Source: Mobula hypostoma
Taxonomy: Eukaryota
NCBI RefSeq assembly: GCF_963921235.1
Contig: NC_086109.1
Coordinates: forward strand, 3,598,001-3,662,000
Length of the DNA: 64,000 nucleotides
Reading direction: 5' to 3'
In this document: positions 22,450 to 36,074 of the stretch, one piece after another
How the letters are laid out: every line of letters starts with the position of its first letter
How positions within the stretch are numbered: position 1 is the stretch's first letter
Translations under genes and position numbers: made by a program
The notes under the pieces: generated by a model
Database searches by the model: none
What the model was told of the DNA's origin: nothing
The model's input: only the letters and a program-made list of their open reading frames with translations

Positions 22450-25400
22450 GAGCCTGGTTCTGTGGCTCAGAAGGGAAGGCTGAGTAGTGATCGGCAATTC
22501 CTTAGAGGAGTCAACACATGATTCTGCGGATGCGTTAAGAGGCAGTTGGATGGTATGTTGCCGGGGTCAGGGACATTTTGGATTTAGTCCATGGCATTCT
22601 AAAGAGGGAGGGTGAGTAGCCAGAAGTCTAGGGACATATTGGCTCCAATGACATAGAAGGAGTTCTTGAAGAGAGAATTTGGGGAGATAGGTAGAAAGCT
22701 GAAAAGCAGGACCAATGGGCTAGTAATCTCTGGATCGCTACCTGTGCCATACACCAGTGAGGGTAGGAATAGGATGATTTGGCAGATGAATGTGTGGTTG
22801 AGGGGCCAAGGTTGAAGATTTTTGGATCATTGGGATCTCTTCTGGGGAAGTTATGATCTGTTCAAAAGGTGGGGTTACACCTGAACCCAAGGGGAACCAA
22901 TATCCTCGTGGGCAGGTTTGCTAAATTTGTTGGAGACGGTTTAAAATAATGTGGCAGTAGGATGGGAACTGGAGTCTTAGGGCTGAGGATGGGGCATTTG
23001 GTATACAAATAGATGCTGTGTATAGTGAGGCTGTCAGAAAGGACAGGCCAATAATAGGGCAAAATTGCAGTCAGTGGGATGAATTGCTATGAAAAAAGGT
23101 GACGATTATTGGACTGAAGGTGTATTTGAATGCATGCCGTATACGGAGTAAAATAGATGATCTTGTAGCATAATTAGAGATTGGCAGAAATTGCATTGCG
23201 TAGCTGAGAGAAGATTTTAGTTGGGGGTTTAACATTCAAGGATAGACATTGTATCAAAAGGACGGGCAGGTGGGCAGGTAGGCAGAGGGGGTGGAGTGGT
23301 TCTGCTGGTAAATTATGAAATCAAATCCTTAGAAAGAAGTGAGATAGGACAGGAAAATGTGAGATCATTGTGGGTAGAGTTAAGGAACTGCGAGGGGAGT
23401 TATATACAGGCCTTTGAACAGTAGCCAGGATCTAGGCAACAAATCACAATGGGAACCGGAAAATGCATGTCAAAAGGGCAATGTTAATTAGTCATGGGAG
23501 ATTTCAATATACAAGCAGATTGAGAAAACAAGATTGATGCTGATTTTGGATCTCAAGAGAGTGAATTTGTAGAATGCCTACAAGGTGGCTTTTTAGAGCA
23601 GCTTTAGGGTGAGCCCACTATGGGCTCAGCTATTCTTGATTTGGTGTTGTGTAATGAACTGGATTTGTTAAGGGAACTTCAGGTAAAGGAAGCCTTATGA
23701 CAGTCATCATAAAATGATAGAATTCATCCTGCAGTTTGAGAGGGAGAAGCGAAAGTCAGATGTATCAGTATTTCAGCAGAGTCGGGAATTACAGAGGCGT
23801 GAGAGAGGAGATGGCCCAAGCTGAGTGAAGTTAAATTAATCAGGAGGCTGGAGATTCAGGGAGCAATTTGGAAGGCACAGAATAGATACATCCTAAAGAA
23901 GAGAAGGTATGATACTGACAAGGGAAGTCAAATATAAAAACAAAGGAAAGGGCATGTAACAGAACAAAAATTAGTGAGAAATTAGAAGACTGGGAACTAA
24001 GAAGGTTTTAAAAACCAGCAGCAGCAGGCAACTAAAAACCCATAAGGAGGGAAAAGATGAAATACGAAGGTAAGCTAGCCAGTGCTATCAAAGAGGATAC
24101 CAAAAATGTTCAAATATATAAAGAGTAAAGGAGGGGTGAGAATAGATCATTGGGGGCTGCTGGAAATGGGGGTAAAAGGAAATTGCAGATAAATTGAATA
24201 AGTATCTGTATCAGTCTTCACTGTGGAAGTATTCCAGAACTTTGAGAGGGTCAGGGGGCAGAGGTAAGTGCAGTTGCCCAGAGGGTGGGCAAGGGGTATA
24301 GTGAGAGACACTAAGGAGAAGGTGATTGCGAAGCTGTAAGCTCCGAAGGTAGTTAAGTCACCTGAAGGTAGTAAAGTCAAGCTACACCCCAGTGTTCTGA
24401 AAAAGGTAGTTGAAGATGTTATGGAGGCATTAGTAATTATCTTTCAAGAATGAATAGATTCCTGCATGTTTCCGGAGGACCGCAAAATTGCAAACGTCTC
24501 TCCACTTTTCAAGAGGGGAAGGAGGCAGAAGAAGGAAATTATAGGCCAGTTAGACTGACCTAAGTGGTTGGGAAGACTTTGGAATTGATTGTAAAGGATG
24601 AGGTTTCAGTGTACTGAGAGCACACATGATAATATAGGTCAAAGTCAGCTTGGCTTGCTCAAGAGAAAATATTGCCTGACAAATCTGTTGGAATTCTTTG
24701 TGAAAATAAAGGGCATGATTGACGAAAGAGAAATTGTGGATGTTTTGTATTTGGATTTTCAGAAGGCTTTTGTCAAGGTGCCGCACATGAGGCAGCTTAA
24801 CAAATTAAGAGTTCATGGTTTTACAGGAAAGATACTAGCATGGATTGAGCATTAGATGATCGGATAGGCAAAGAGTGGAAATAAAGGGAGCCTTTTCTGA
24901 TTGGCTCCTGATGACTAGTGGAGTTCCACAGTGGTCTGTGTTGGGACTGATTCTTTTCATGTTGTATGTCAATGATTTGGATGATGGAATTGATGATTTT
25001 GTAGCCAAATTTGTGGATGATATGAAGATAAGTTAGTGTTGAGAAAGCAGGGAGGCAGGTAGTGTTGAGGAAGCAGGGAGGCTGCAGAAAGACTTGGACA
25101 GATTAGGAGAATGGGCAAAGAAGTGGCAGGTAGAATACAGTTGTCGGAAAGTGTATGGTCATGCACTTTGGTAGGAGAAATGAAGGGGTAAAAGGGTTTT
25201 CTTAATGGGGAGAAAATTTAAAAATCTGAGGTGCAAAGAACTTAAGAGTCCTTGTACAGATTTCCCTAGAAGTTAACTTGCAGGTTAAGTCAGTGGTAAG
25301 GAAGGCAAATTCAATGTTAGCATTCATTTTGAGAGGATTAGAATATAAGAGCAAGGATGTAATGTTGAGGCTTTATAAAGCACTGGTGAAGTGTCATTTG

Positions 25401-25950
25401 GAGTATTGTGAGCAGTTTTGGACCCCTTATCTAAGAAAAGATGGGAGAGAGTTCAAAGGAGATACACTAAAATGATTCTGCGAATGAAAGGCTAATCATA
25501 TGAGGAACGTTTGATGGCTCTGAGACTGTACTTGCTGGAATTTAGAAGAATGGGTGGGGATGGATCTCATTGAAACCTATCGAATGTTGAAAGACCTAGA
25601 TAGAGTGGATGTGGAGAGGATGTCTCCCATCATAGAGGATTGTAGAACCAGAGGGCACAACAGCAGAATAAAGGGAAGCCCATTTAGGAAAGAGATGAAG
25701 AGGAATTTCTTTAGCCAGAGGGTGGTGAATCTGTTGATTTGTCACCGCGGGTGGCTCTGGAGGTCAGGTCATTGGATGTATTTAAGGCAGAGGTTGATAG
25801 ATTGTTGATAAGTCAGGGCACGAAATGTTATTGGGAGAAGTCAGGACATTGGGTTGAGGGGAAAATAGGTCTTCATGATTAAATGGTAGAGCAGACTCGA
25901 TGGACTGAATGGCCTAATTCTGCCCTGGTGTCTTATGGTCCATGGTCTAA
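22450..25950 (+). mobile_element. Near full-length decayed CR1 LINE (ORF1 esterase-like region, APE, RT, 3' UTR)
   Basis: Ordered remnants: HIGSND-like and GLHLN ORF1 motifs, GGGV and VMGDFN APE motifs, YRPV, CLTNLLEFF...VDVLYLDFQKAF.KVPH, GVPQ, and the C-terminal DLIETYRMLK. Many stops and frameshifts. Confidence 0.9.
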
Positions 25951-26187
25951 TGTTATCACAGCTTGCAGTGTGTGACCAGGACTGCTTCACTGTGACCTGA
26001 CTAACAATTTTTATAGTTGGGGCATGAACCCTCAGCTTTTGTACACTACTGTTTCCGAGTATTTTCCTCAGGCAATAAGATGGACCCTTGGCCTCACAAT
26101 TGACCTCTTTATAATCTTGCACCTTGTTGTCTGCCTGTGCTGCACTTTATCTGTAGCTGTTCTACTTTATTCTGCATTCTGTATCAC

Positions 26188-26500
26188 ACAGCAGTTAGCG
26201 CAAACGCTTTACCGTGCCAACAATCTCCGACCGAGGTCGAATTCCCGCTGCTGTCTGTAAGGAGTTTGTTCATTCTCGTTGTGACCGTGTGGGTTTCCTC
26301 TGGGTGCTCCGATTTCCTCCCACAGTCCAAAGACGTGCGGTTAGAGTTAGGGAGTTGTGGGCGTGCTATGTTGGTGTGGAAGGGTGGCGAGTGTTGCAGG
26401 CTGCCCTAGCACAGTTCTCGGACTGTGCTGGTCATTGGTGTGAAAATGACGTGTTTCACTGAATTTTTCAATGTAGGTACATGTGACAAATAAAGCTAAT
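26188..26500 (+). mobile_element. V-SINE with a non-CR1 tail
   Basis: V core GTGGGTTTCCTCTGGGTGCTCCGATTTCCTCCCACAGTCCAAAGACG, followed by a tail ending GTACATGTGACAAATAAAGCTAATC. Confidence 0.7.
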
Positions 26501-26509
26501 CTTTAATCT

Positions 26510-26914
26510 AAGTTCCGCTAATGCCCCACCTCCCCTTCGTACCCCATCCATTATTTATTTATATACACACATTCTTTCTCTCTCTCTCTCTCTCTCCTTT
26601 TTCTCCCTCTGACTATACCCCTTGCCCACCCTCTGGGTTTCCCCTCCCCCTTTTCCTTCTCCCTGAGCCTCCCGTCCCATGATCCTCTCATATCCCCTTT
26701 GCCTATCACCTGTCCAGCTCTTGGCTCCATCCCTCCCCCTCCTGTCTTCTCCCATCATTTCGGATCTCCCCCTCCCCCTCCCACTTTCAAATCTCTTACT
26801 AGCTTTTCGTTCAGTTAGTCCTGACGAAGGGTCTTGGCCTGAAACACCAACTGTACCTCTTCCTAGAGATGCTGCCTGGCCTGCTGCGTTCACCAGCAAC
26901 TTTGATGTGTGTTG
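26510..26914 (+). mobile_element. Penelope-like 3' terminal repeat (tailless)
   Basis: Homologous to 44700-45105; hammerhead region CpG-decayed (GAAACACCAAC); TSD CTTTAATCT at 26501-26509 and 26915-26923. Confidence 0.85.
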
Positions 26915-28133
26915 CTTTAATCTTTTTCTTTGTTCTACCTCAAATATACAGTGTAATGACCCGGTCTGTATGAACAATACACAAGACAAGTTTTTCACTG
27001 TATCATGGTGCGTGGCAGTGATGATAAAGAAAACGAATAAACCAATCAGCCTTCAAGATTCAAGATTGTTTATTGTCATTTCCGGTACACAAATGTAAAG
27101 GAGAATGAAGTAATTGTTACTCCAGATCCGATGCAGCACAAAAAAAGGATAAGTAACACAATAATAAAAAACACAATAAATATAAACACACAAGATGGCT
27201 TATTCACATAGATAAGTTGTCTATCCATAAAGTGACGCTAGGTACAGGTGTACACAAAGGTGCGGGAGGATCCAAAGCACCTTCTGTACTCTGGTGACGT
27301 TGTGGTGCATCGAACGTAGATTAGTGGCCTGCACTGACCGCAGAGCTGTGGGATGATTCGGAGCCTGGGGTGGAGCCCTCCCCACCCCACCCCCATCAGA
27401 GCCCAGAGGTGAGCTGCTCGCCTCTTCATGTGACTGCACGTTCCATTGTCCTGTGTTGGTTTGTGGGCGGGGGCCGGAGTCCTGATTCCTGACTGTATTA
27501 TGTACTGCCCTGTGATAGATAGTTCTGGTCAGGAGAAAGGTTCAGGAGCAGAGAGTGAGTGGGAACTTCCCAGGGAGATGTCACCCTGCTCTCTGACCCA
27601 TTCTCCATTTCATTACCTTGATGGTCCCTCCGGTTTACAAACCTCCCTTCTTCACATAAATTGCTTAATTGTTGGATAATTCACTATTTCTGTGCCAGGA
27701 AATCACTTTACTCCGGTAATTCAGTCTGGAGGACACAGGGCTTGCTGCTTTGCTCCGCATTTTGTGGCACTCCACTATCCTTTTATTGTTGCCTAGCAAC
27801 AGAGAAGCTAATAGAATGGCGATGCTCGGTGGCAGGAAGGTAAATGCAGATTACATCACAAGGGTCTGTCCTCTGCTTCACACCACTACAGAGACTTTAA
27901 CCTCCAGCTCCTGCAACGTGATTATATAAGGTGATTAACTCAAACACCCGTAGGTAATGGGATCTGGTTAACAATGTCACACGCAGTCACTTTGGTGCAT
28001 CTGATAGAACAGAAGTTAACAACTGTTTCAGAGCTGAGCAGGGGTGATTTCTGCCTGGCCTCACTGGTCCAGGTTTACGCGGCTGCAGAGGGCACATGTC
28101 CTTCTGAAGTTAGTGGTGAGTATGAGGGAGAGA

Positions 28134-28340
28134 TGGCCAGTGGTGTAGTGGTGTCCGCACAGGACTTCGAGGCGTGTGGTCCCAGGTTCGAATCCGGCTG
28201 GCTCCTTGCATGCTTTCCATCCAGGCTGCGTTGAGCATCGAGCTAGCAACTCGGCCTCGTAAGAAACAGACAGAAATACTAAAGGAACGGCAAAGTTATT
28301 GCCCGATGTGCCACAAGCCGTGGAGAGGAACAATAAGAAA
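28134..28340 (+). mobile_element. tRNA-derived SINE (third family)
   Basis: Head GGCCAGTGGTGTAGTGG...GGTTCGAATCCGGCTGGC followed by a non-tRNA tail with GAGCTAGCAACTCGGCCTCGTAA. Confidence 0.65.
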
Positions 28341-28554
28341 GGAAAGGAGGGTTAGGTGGGCCAACCGCACTGAGGAGCTGAGCATTGAGCCTGAGAGTAA
28401 TGCAAATTACTTCATCAAAATTGATCATTACTGTTGTGGTATTGTCAAAAAAATTATTGCCTTCTCTTTAGTCTGGTCTCTGCAGAATATTTTAATAAGG
28501 AGGAATATTTTCTATAACACAAGAGATCCTGCAGATGTTGGACATCAAGGTAGC

Positions 28555-29300
28555 ACGGCATGGCAGCAGCGGCCTTTTGGATCTGGTGCTACTTTAATTT
28601 AGTTTTTAAATTTAATTTTAAGGCACAGTTAGAGTTTAGGGCAATGGATAACAGAGCGACTATCTACCATCGCCAGATACTGCTACAATACAGAGATCGC
28701 CCAAAAACAAACCTTCATGAAGATCTGCTGGTTAAATTGCACGACCTTGGCTTGCTGAGAGAATCAAACCTGCAGTCCTCAGAGTCGGCTGATGCCGGTG
28801 GCCAGAGGTGGGGATGTCGTAAGCGGTGTGCGAGGAAGTGGAAGTGAGGCGAATGGGCAGGAGTCCATGCCAGGAAAAAAGCAAGCCCTAGCCGGCCGGG
28901 TCTCCCGTCCATTCTGCTCTCCAATGGACATTAAATTGGACTACATCCGACTCCAACGAAATACTCGGCAGGAGTACAGAAACGGATGGAATCCCAGACA
29001 TTCAGCTGTTTATTTATGTAACAATTTTCCCCCAAGCCATCGGACTACCAACCTACTGCCCTCTACTGTGCCTATAGTCTTGTTGATTATTTATTGTAAT
29101 GCCTGCACTGTTCTGTGTACTTTATGCAGTCCTGGGTAGGTCTGTGGACTAGTGTAGTTTTTGTGTTGTTTTACGTAGTTCAGTGTAGTTTTTGCATTGT
29201 TTCATGTAGCATCATGGTCCTGAAAAATGTTATCTCGTTTTTACTGTGTACTGTACCAGCAGTTAGGGTTGAAATGACAATAAAAAGTGACTTGACTTGA
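28555..29300 (+). mobile_element. Internally deleted Rex/Babar-type element
   Basis: 5' part with R/K-rich RKRCARK.K...PSILL-like sequence, joined to a 3' tail ending GACAATAAAAAGTGACTTGACTTGA. Confidence 0.6.
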
Positions 29301-29319
29301 ATTAACTCTACGGTCAATC

Positions 29320-29880
29320 TGCATCTATAGAGAGGAATAAAGAGTTGACATTTTGGGCCACGACCCTTCATCCGGACTGGAAAGGAAAGGGTGAGAAACC
29401 AGAATAAGAAGGTGGGGGGGGGTGCAGGGGAAGGAGTACAAGCTGGCAGGTGTTGGGTGAGACCAGGTAAAGGGGGAAGGTGGGTGGGTGGGTAGGAGAG
29501 GAGAAATGACGTGAGAAGCTGGAGGTGATAGGTGGAAAAGGACAAGGGCTGGAGAGGAAGGATCTGATTGGGGAGGAGAGTGGACCACAGGAGAAAGAAA
29601 AGAAGGAAGGGCACCCGAGAGAGGTGTGGAGAAGAGAAGGGGTAAGAGGGGAGCCAGAATGGAGAGTTGTAAAACAGTGAAGGGGGAGGGGAGAAATTAG
29701 TGTAAGTTAGAGAAGTCGATGGTTATGCCGTCAGGTTGCTGGCTACCCAGGTGGAATATGAAGTGTTGCTCCTCCACCCTGAGAGTGGCCTCTTCATTGC
29801 AGTAGAGGAGGCCATGGACCAAGATGTTAGAATGGGAACAGGGAGTGGGCTTAAAATGGGTGACCTGCAGGAGATCTTGC
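29320..29880 (-). mobile_element. Older Penelope-like 3' fragment
   Basis: VHGLLYCNEEATLRVEEQHFIFHLGSQQPDGITIDFSN plus a degenerate hammerhead region (CCGGATGAAGGGTCGTGGCCCAAAATGTCAAC). Confidence 0.8.
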
Positions 29881-31399
29881 CTGTGGTGGTGGAACGATGG
29901 TGTTCGAGGGTGCTTATTTTCTGTGTTGCTGGCTGTTTCGTTCCTGCTGCCATCACATTTCTGAACTGTCAGTGAACTTACCAACACTACTGTAGCCTTC
30001 CTACCTTTTGCACTAAGCGGGCTCTTTCTTTGCTATAATGTCCTCCGGGTCATTCCCCCGTCTTGTGGTGCACTGCTGCAACAACCATACATGACAGAGG
30101 GAATCCTGCAGAAACCTGTTCCCATTGCTCCCATCAGGAAGGAGGTACAGGAGCCTGAAAACACACACTCAATGATTCAGGAACAGCTTTTTCCCCTCTG
30201 CCTTCAGATTTCAGAATGAACATTGAACCCATGAACACTACCTCACTACTTTTTATTGCCTTTTTTTGCACTAATTGAAATTTTTATATATATTCACGCT
30301 GTAATTCAGTTTTTTTCCCTCTATTATTATGTATTGCATAGCACTGCTGCCTCAAAGTGAACAAATTTCACTACATATGCTGGTGTTATTAAACCTGGTT
30401 TTGATAACACTGTTCAATTCTCCACCACAGAAGGGAGATCAAAATGTTACAAGCAGTCAGGTCTTAACAATGTCGAGAGGACATGCAGGGATATGGGGAG
30501 AAGGCAGGAGCGGGATATAGACGTCACTGTGCTGAGTGGGAGATTGGACCCAATGAGCTGAGTAGGCTCCTCCATCCTGTTTTCTGCAGAAGACATTGAT
30601 GTATTCGTCAAAGGTTCTATGTCTACCGTTACTGAGTGTGTGGGGGTCGTCTGCATTCTCAAGATAATAGTGAATTGTGTGAAGCTTGGGGTGATGGTAT
30701 TTGATTAGTGAGACCAAAAGGTAGTCGCTGGGAGTTTTGGAGTGTTTCTCATTAGATATACTAGCTCATAAACTTTCTTTCATGTAGCTATCAGCCAGAA
30801 TCTAGAGCCCTGACTATAATTTAACTCCTGGGTATTAAAACCACTAAATTGGATCTGGGCTGACTAAGTGCATCACTGTGACACTCCTTCAACTTAATGG
30901 ATTATACTTTAGGCCATTTTGTGTCTGCTTGGTCAAACGCTGGAGGAGGGCCTTCATTTCCACTGAGACAGTAACACATCATTGTGATCTGTGGTGATCT
31001 GTTTGGGAGGTAATCACAGACTCGGTGTCTGATCAAAGCCAGAACGCTCTACACTCCACGCCAGGGTTTACTATCACAGACATGTGGTGTGAAATTTCTT
31101 GTTTTGCAGCAGCAGTACAGTGTAAGACATTAACAGACTTACAAATTTCAAAAATAAATAAATGGTGCAAAAGGAATAGGGTGGCGCTGTTCATGGGTTG
31201 TTGGACCGTTCAGAAATATGATGGCGGAAGGGGAGAAGCTGTTTCTGAGTTGTTGAGTCTTCAGGCTCCCGCATCATCTCCTTGATGGTGGCAACGAGAA
31301 GAGGGCATGTTCTGGATGCCGTGTCCTTAGTGATGGCTGTTCTTGAAGAATGGTGGGGAGGATTGGAGCTGGTTGAGGTTGACAACCCTTCACAGCCTC

Positions 31400-31612
31400 C
31401 TGATTAAGTTAGTGATATTGTTCTATCTCTGATTATGTTAGTGATATCGCTCTATCTCTGATTATGATTAGCAATATCGCTCTGTCTCTGATTATAGTTA
31501 GTGATATCACTCTATCTCTGATTATAGTTAGTGATATTGCTCTATCTCTGATTATAGTTAGTGATATCGCTCTGTCTCTAATTATAGTTAGTGATAGCTC
31601 TATCTCTGATTA
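31400..31612. repeat. 30-bp tandem repeat, about 7 copies
   Basis: Unit CTGATTATAGTTAGTGATATCGCTCTATCT. Confidence 0.9.
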
Positions 31613-32049
31613 TAACTGCATGACAGGCTATGGAACCCCTGGTCGGTTCAGCATTAGAGGGAAATGGGGCTTGACAATGTAACACTCGTCCAGAGTTCTC
31701 CTGTAATGTAGCTGTCTGGGGCAGGATGGTGCATCACATCACTCACTTCTGTGCACCCTGATGTGAACCATCCTATGAATGTGCTGAATCAGCAGATCCT
31801 CCCATGCTGAGTCAGCTGAACTCCCCATCCACCCTGTCCTAATGCCAAGTTAAGGATCTCCACCACAGGGGCAGCACCTGTACTACAAGGGAAATCGCCA
31901 GCTCAGTGTGTATCAGCAGAGTGAGAGGAACGGTCACAGTCATAGAGTCAATGGTTGGGGGAACTGGAGACCCTACACACAGGAACAGTCACGGTCATAG
32001 GGTCAATGGTTGGGAGAACTGGAGACCGTATACTCAGGAACTGTCACAA

Positions 32050-32845
32050 TCATAAAGTCATACAGCATGAAATCAGCCCTTTGGCCCAAGTGCTTCCTGC
32101 TGACCCAGATGCCCAACTAATCTAGTCCTATTTCCCTGCATTTGCCCCATATCACTCTAAACCTTCCCTATCAAAGTACTTGTACAAATTGTTTTAAATA
32201 TTGTTAAAGTCCCTGCCACAACCACGTCATCAGGCATCTCGTTTCATATATGGACCATCCTCTGGATGAAAGCATTGCCCCCTCGAGTCCCCTGTTAAAT
32301 CTCTCATCCCTCAACCTAAACCATAACGTCTAGCTTTTGATTCCCTTATCCTGAGAGAAAGACTGTAATTGAGAAATAGACTGCAGAAGATGGCGTAACC
32401 TGAAATATTCAGTTTTATTTATTTATGTATTCCTTCATGTCATTATTTGTTTTTTGTGTTTACACAATTTGGCTCCTTCTGCACATTGGTTGTTAGTCAA
32501 TCTTTGTGTGTAGTTTCTATTGATTCTGTTGTGTTTCTCTGTTCTACTGTGAATCTCAGTAGTATATGCTGGACTTAAATGTACTTTGATAATAAATTTA
32601 CTTTGAGCTTATAGCAGCTTATTTTTAATCTTCTGCACATTCCTGCTACTACAAAACAACAAATTTCATAACTTATGTCAGTGATAATAAAACAGATTCT
32701 GATTCATTCCCTCTATCTCAGCCCCTCATGATTTAATACACCACTCTAAGGTCACCTCTCATTCTTCTCCTTTCCCAGGAATAAAGTTCTGTGCAAGCTC
32801 TCCCTATAACTCAAACCTTCAAGTCCTGGCAAATTTCTCGTATTC
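32050..32845 (-). mobile_element. Decayed CR1 3' fragment with nested repeat tails
   Basis: Reverse-complement CR1 tail (CCCATATCACTCTAAACCTT, CCCCTCATGATTT...AGGTCACCTCTC). Confidence 0.6.
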
Positions 32846-32919
32846 AGAGGGAGCGACAGTACAACTGCATCAAATAATTAACTTCTCAGGGTGTGTAGAG
32901 TCTGTAAAACCGGACATAT

Positions 32920-33160
32920 CAATGCATCAATACCAATGGCTGCACGAGGACATACCCTACCAAAACTTTTCCATGGAGGGCTTCCAGATTGTTCGGGCTG
33001 ACCAGAAGTGCACTGAGAGCAGTAAGTGTAAAAGGAGTTGGGGGCTTGCTGTTCTGGTTAACAACAGATGGTGCAATCCTGGTCATATTATGATCGAGGA
33101 ACGTGTCTGTAGCCCGGATATTGAACTTTTTGCTGTTGGACTCCGGCCATATTCCACTGA
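32920..33160 (+). mobile_element. AP-endonuclease fragment of a Rex/Babar-type LINE
   Basis: WLHEDIP...EGFQIVRAD...GLAVLVNNRWC...CSPDIELFAVGLRPY. Confidence 0.8.
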
Positions 33161-33434
33161 GAGACAACACTGGGCATCATGGGAGGTCGTTCCTGCCTGT
33201 GGCCATTGAACTTTGCAGCTCCTCCTGTGGAGGGTCAGACACCCTGAGCCAATAGGCTGGTCCTGGACTTATTTCCATCTGGCATAGTTTGTATATTGTT
33301 GTTTGATTGTTTGTGGTTTTTGTATTGGTATATTTATGCTCTATTCTTGGTTGGTGCAGCTGTAACAAAACCCAATTTCCCTCGGGATCAATAAAGTATG
33401 TCTGTCTGCCTGTCTGTCTGTCTGTCTATCAGTT

Positions 33435-34235
33435 TCATCTGGTACGGGAAGGGGTGGAGAGAGCTACTGCACAGGATTGAAATAAGCTGCAGAGAGTTGT
33501 AAACTCAGTCAGCTCCATCGTGGGTACCAGCCTCCGTAGTATCCAGAACATCTTCAAGGAGTGGTGCCTCAGAAAAGTGACATCCGTCATTAATGACTTC
33601 CAGCACCCAGGGCATGCCCTCTTCTCATTGCTACCATCAGGAAGGAGGTACAGAAGCCGGAAGGCACACACTCAATGATTCAGGAACAGCTTCTTCCCCT
33701 CTGCCATCAGATTTCTGAATGAACATTGAACCCATGAACACTAACTCACTACTTTTTTTATTTCTGTTTTTGCACTACATGGGCACGTAGCCAAGTGGTT
33801 AAGGCATTGGACTAGCGACCTGAAGGTCGTGAGTTCGAGCCCCAGCCGAGGGAAAGTGTTGTGTCCTTGAGCAAGGCACTTAACCACACATTGCTCTGCG
33901 ACGACACCGGTGCCAAGGTGTATGGGTCCTAATGCCCTTCCCTTGGACAACATCGGTGTCGTGGAGAGGGGAGACTTGCAGCATGGGCAACTGCCGGTCT
34001 TCCATACAACCTTGCCCAGGCCTGCGCCCTGGAGAGTGAAGACTTTCCAGGTGCAGGTCCATGGTCTCGCAAGACTAGCGGATGCCTTTATTTCACTATT
34101 TAACTGCTTAATATAGGTAAAGTATATCTTATTTTCAGTTCTTTTCTCTCTATTATCATGTATTTTAATGTACTGCTGCCACAAAGTTAACAAATTTCAC
34201 GACATATGCTGGGGATGCTGAACCTGATTGATTCT
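33435..34235 (+). mobile_element. Rex/Babar 3' end with nested SINE
   Basis: AAGCTGCAGAGAGTTGTAAAC...CTACCATCAGGAAGGAGGTACAG...GAACAGCTTCTTCCCC (LPSGRRY...NSFFP); the 3' UTR continues after the SINE. Confidence 0.8.
33780..34090 (+). mobile_element. tRNA-derived SINE (CpG-rich, young-looking)
   Basis: A box TAGCCAAGTGG, B box AGTTCGAGCC, CORE-like GTGTCCTTGAGCAAGGCACTTAACC. Confidence 0.85.
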
Positions 34236-34729
34236 GAATTTCCCTCTGTAAGAATGAACCCAAATGTCTCTTTAAACTATGACACAGGGTTGTAAGGTTG
34301 ATCTCGATCAGCTTAAAAGCTGGCACTGGTCGCTGGACGTTTCACAGCTGTGCAGTTCTTTCTAAAGCCAATGACTGAACTGCAGGGATAATACCTCCCT
34401 GGAAACCAGAGTCTGGGGCTCAGAATGAGGCTGGAGACCTTCGGAGTTCTCTCTGCAAGAGATGGCAGAAGTTCAGCCAGTGTGTATGTTTAAGACAGTC
34501 ATTGATAATGAACAAGATCTTGTTGAATGGTTGAATGGTGGGATTGGCTTCAGAGGATAAGTGGCCTACTTCTTCTTTGGGTTCTTATGTTTTCAAACAG
34601 AAACCGGTAAATTGGGAGTTTTAGTGTGCGGAAAGCATTAGATTTCACTCTTTGTTTGGCCACAGTTAGTCTCGCATTATATCTGTTTTTTCTGGAGCGA
34701 AGGAGGCAGAAGGCTGACTGGTTAAAGGA

Positions 34730-35012
34730 TCACGGTAGTGTAGCAGTTAGCACAACTCTTTACAGTACCAGCAATTGTGCTCAATTCCTGCCACTGCATG
34801 TAAGGGCTTTGTACATTCTCCCCGTGACCGCGTGGGTTTCCTCCGGGTACTCCAGTTTCCTCCCATAGTCCAAAAACGTACCATTTGGAGGGTTAATTGG
34901 TCGTTGTACATTGTCCCGTGATTAGGCTCGGGTTAAATTGGGGGATTGTTGAGTGGAGGGACTCGAAGGGCTGGGAGGGCCTGTTCCGCACTGTATCTCA
35001 ATGAGTAAATAG
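34730..35012 (+). mobile_element. V-SINE (HE1-like) with CR1-type tail
   Basis: GGTAGTGTAGCAGTTAGCAC head, V core, tail GGGCCTGTTCCGCACTGTATCTC. Confidence 0.8.
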
Positions 35013-36074
35013 AAATGGTAGTGGTCTCAGTCTTTTTCCCAGGGGAGAAGAGTCTAAACCAAGGTTGAAGATGAGAGGGGAACAGGAGGGAGGGCAAATT
35101 TTTCACACAGATAGTGGTGCGTATTATTAAACATGGGGCCTATTGCAATGCTTAACAGAAATTTGGACAGGTACATAGACAGGAAAAGTTTGGAGAAATA
35201 AAGGCCAAACACAGACAAATGGGCCTAGCTCAGATAGGTGCTATGGTTGTCATAGACGACTTGGATTGAAGGGCTAGTTCCCGTGCTTTATATGACTCTA
35301 TGTTTACATTCAAGAGCAGCATCAGATCTCATAGCTTTGGAGTAGTCACCAGTTTACCTCAACTGGTCAAGTCTGACTTGGTGGAACCCATTGAACAGCC
35401 CCACATTGACCAGGCTTGCAATGTTCTCCTCTGATAGCTCTTTCCCCACTGAGATGATGAAGGTTTTGGCATAAATACTCCTTAATGATGCCTAAACTCT
35501 TTCAGTTCCACTGATCCCTCAGTGTTGGTCCACACCTCTTGTAAACATGGCTCATTACTGAACGTGACTAAGTGGGCTCTTACAGTAAATTACGTTGGTA
35601 ATATAGTTTTTCAGTACCTGATAGATTGCATTTCCTTTTTTCTGGAAATGCCCGCAAGCAAATGAATCTCAGTGCAATATATGGTAAGATATCTGTACAT
35701 TGATCATAACTTTACTTTGAAGATTTTTGAGCAGTGCCTGGTGATGGTGCACAGTGTGTCGGTCAGCGAACTGAAGAAAACATTGTTGCCACCAGAGGTT
35801 CTTTCCCTCCTTTCATTAAATCACAAAGCCCTGGTGTGCTCTTGATTACAATGCAGTTATCATTATGTAGAGCCTAAGCTGAGGGGGGGGGGCAAGATGA
35901 TTCACGCTGAGAACTGTTATACATGATGCTGCTATTTATTACAGGATTCTGAACCGATTATGGATTCAGAAACAGGTCAGCCTAGCTCTCCGTACCTCAG
36001 CCCCACTCTGCGAGTGTGCCAGCTCTTTGGATAAGACTAACTTGTATGCCCTTGCAGGAAGCTGTCATTAGTCA

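Noticed and set aside
31400..31612. CRISPR-like array (also 12615-12905 and 38180-38525)
   Set aside because: Head-to-tail repeats with no unique spacers, no cas genes, and a vertebrate context.
33780..33850. Possible tRNA genes (also 8785, 19560 and 28134)
   Set aside because: Acceptor stems are imperfect and each continues into a SINE body without a poly-T terminator, so these are SINE heads.
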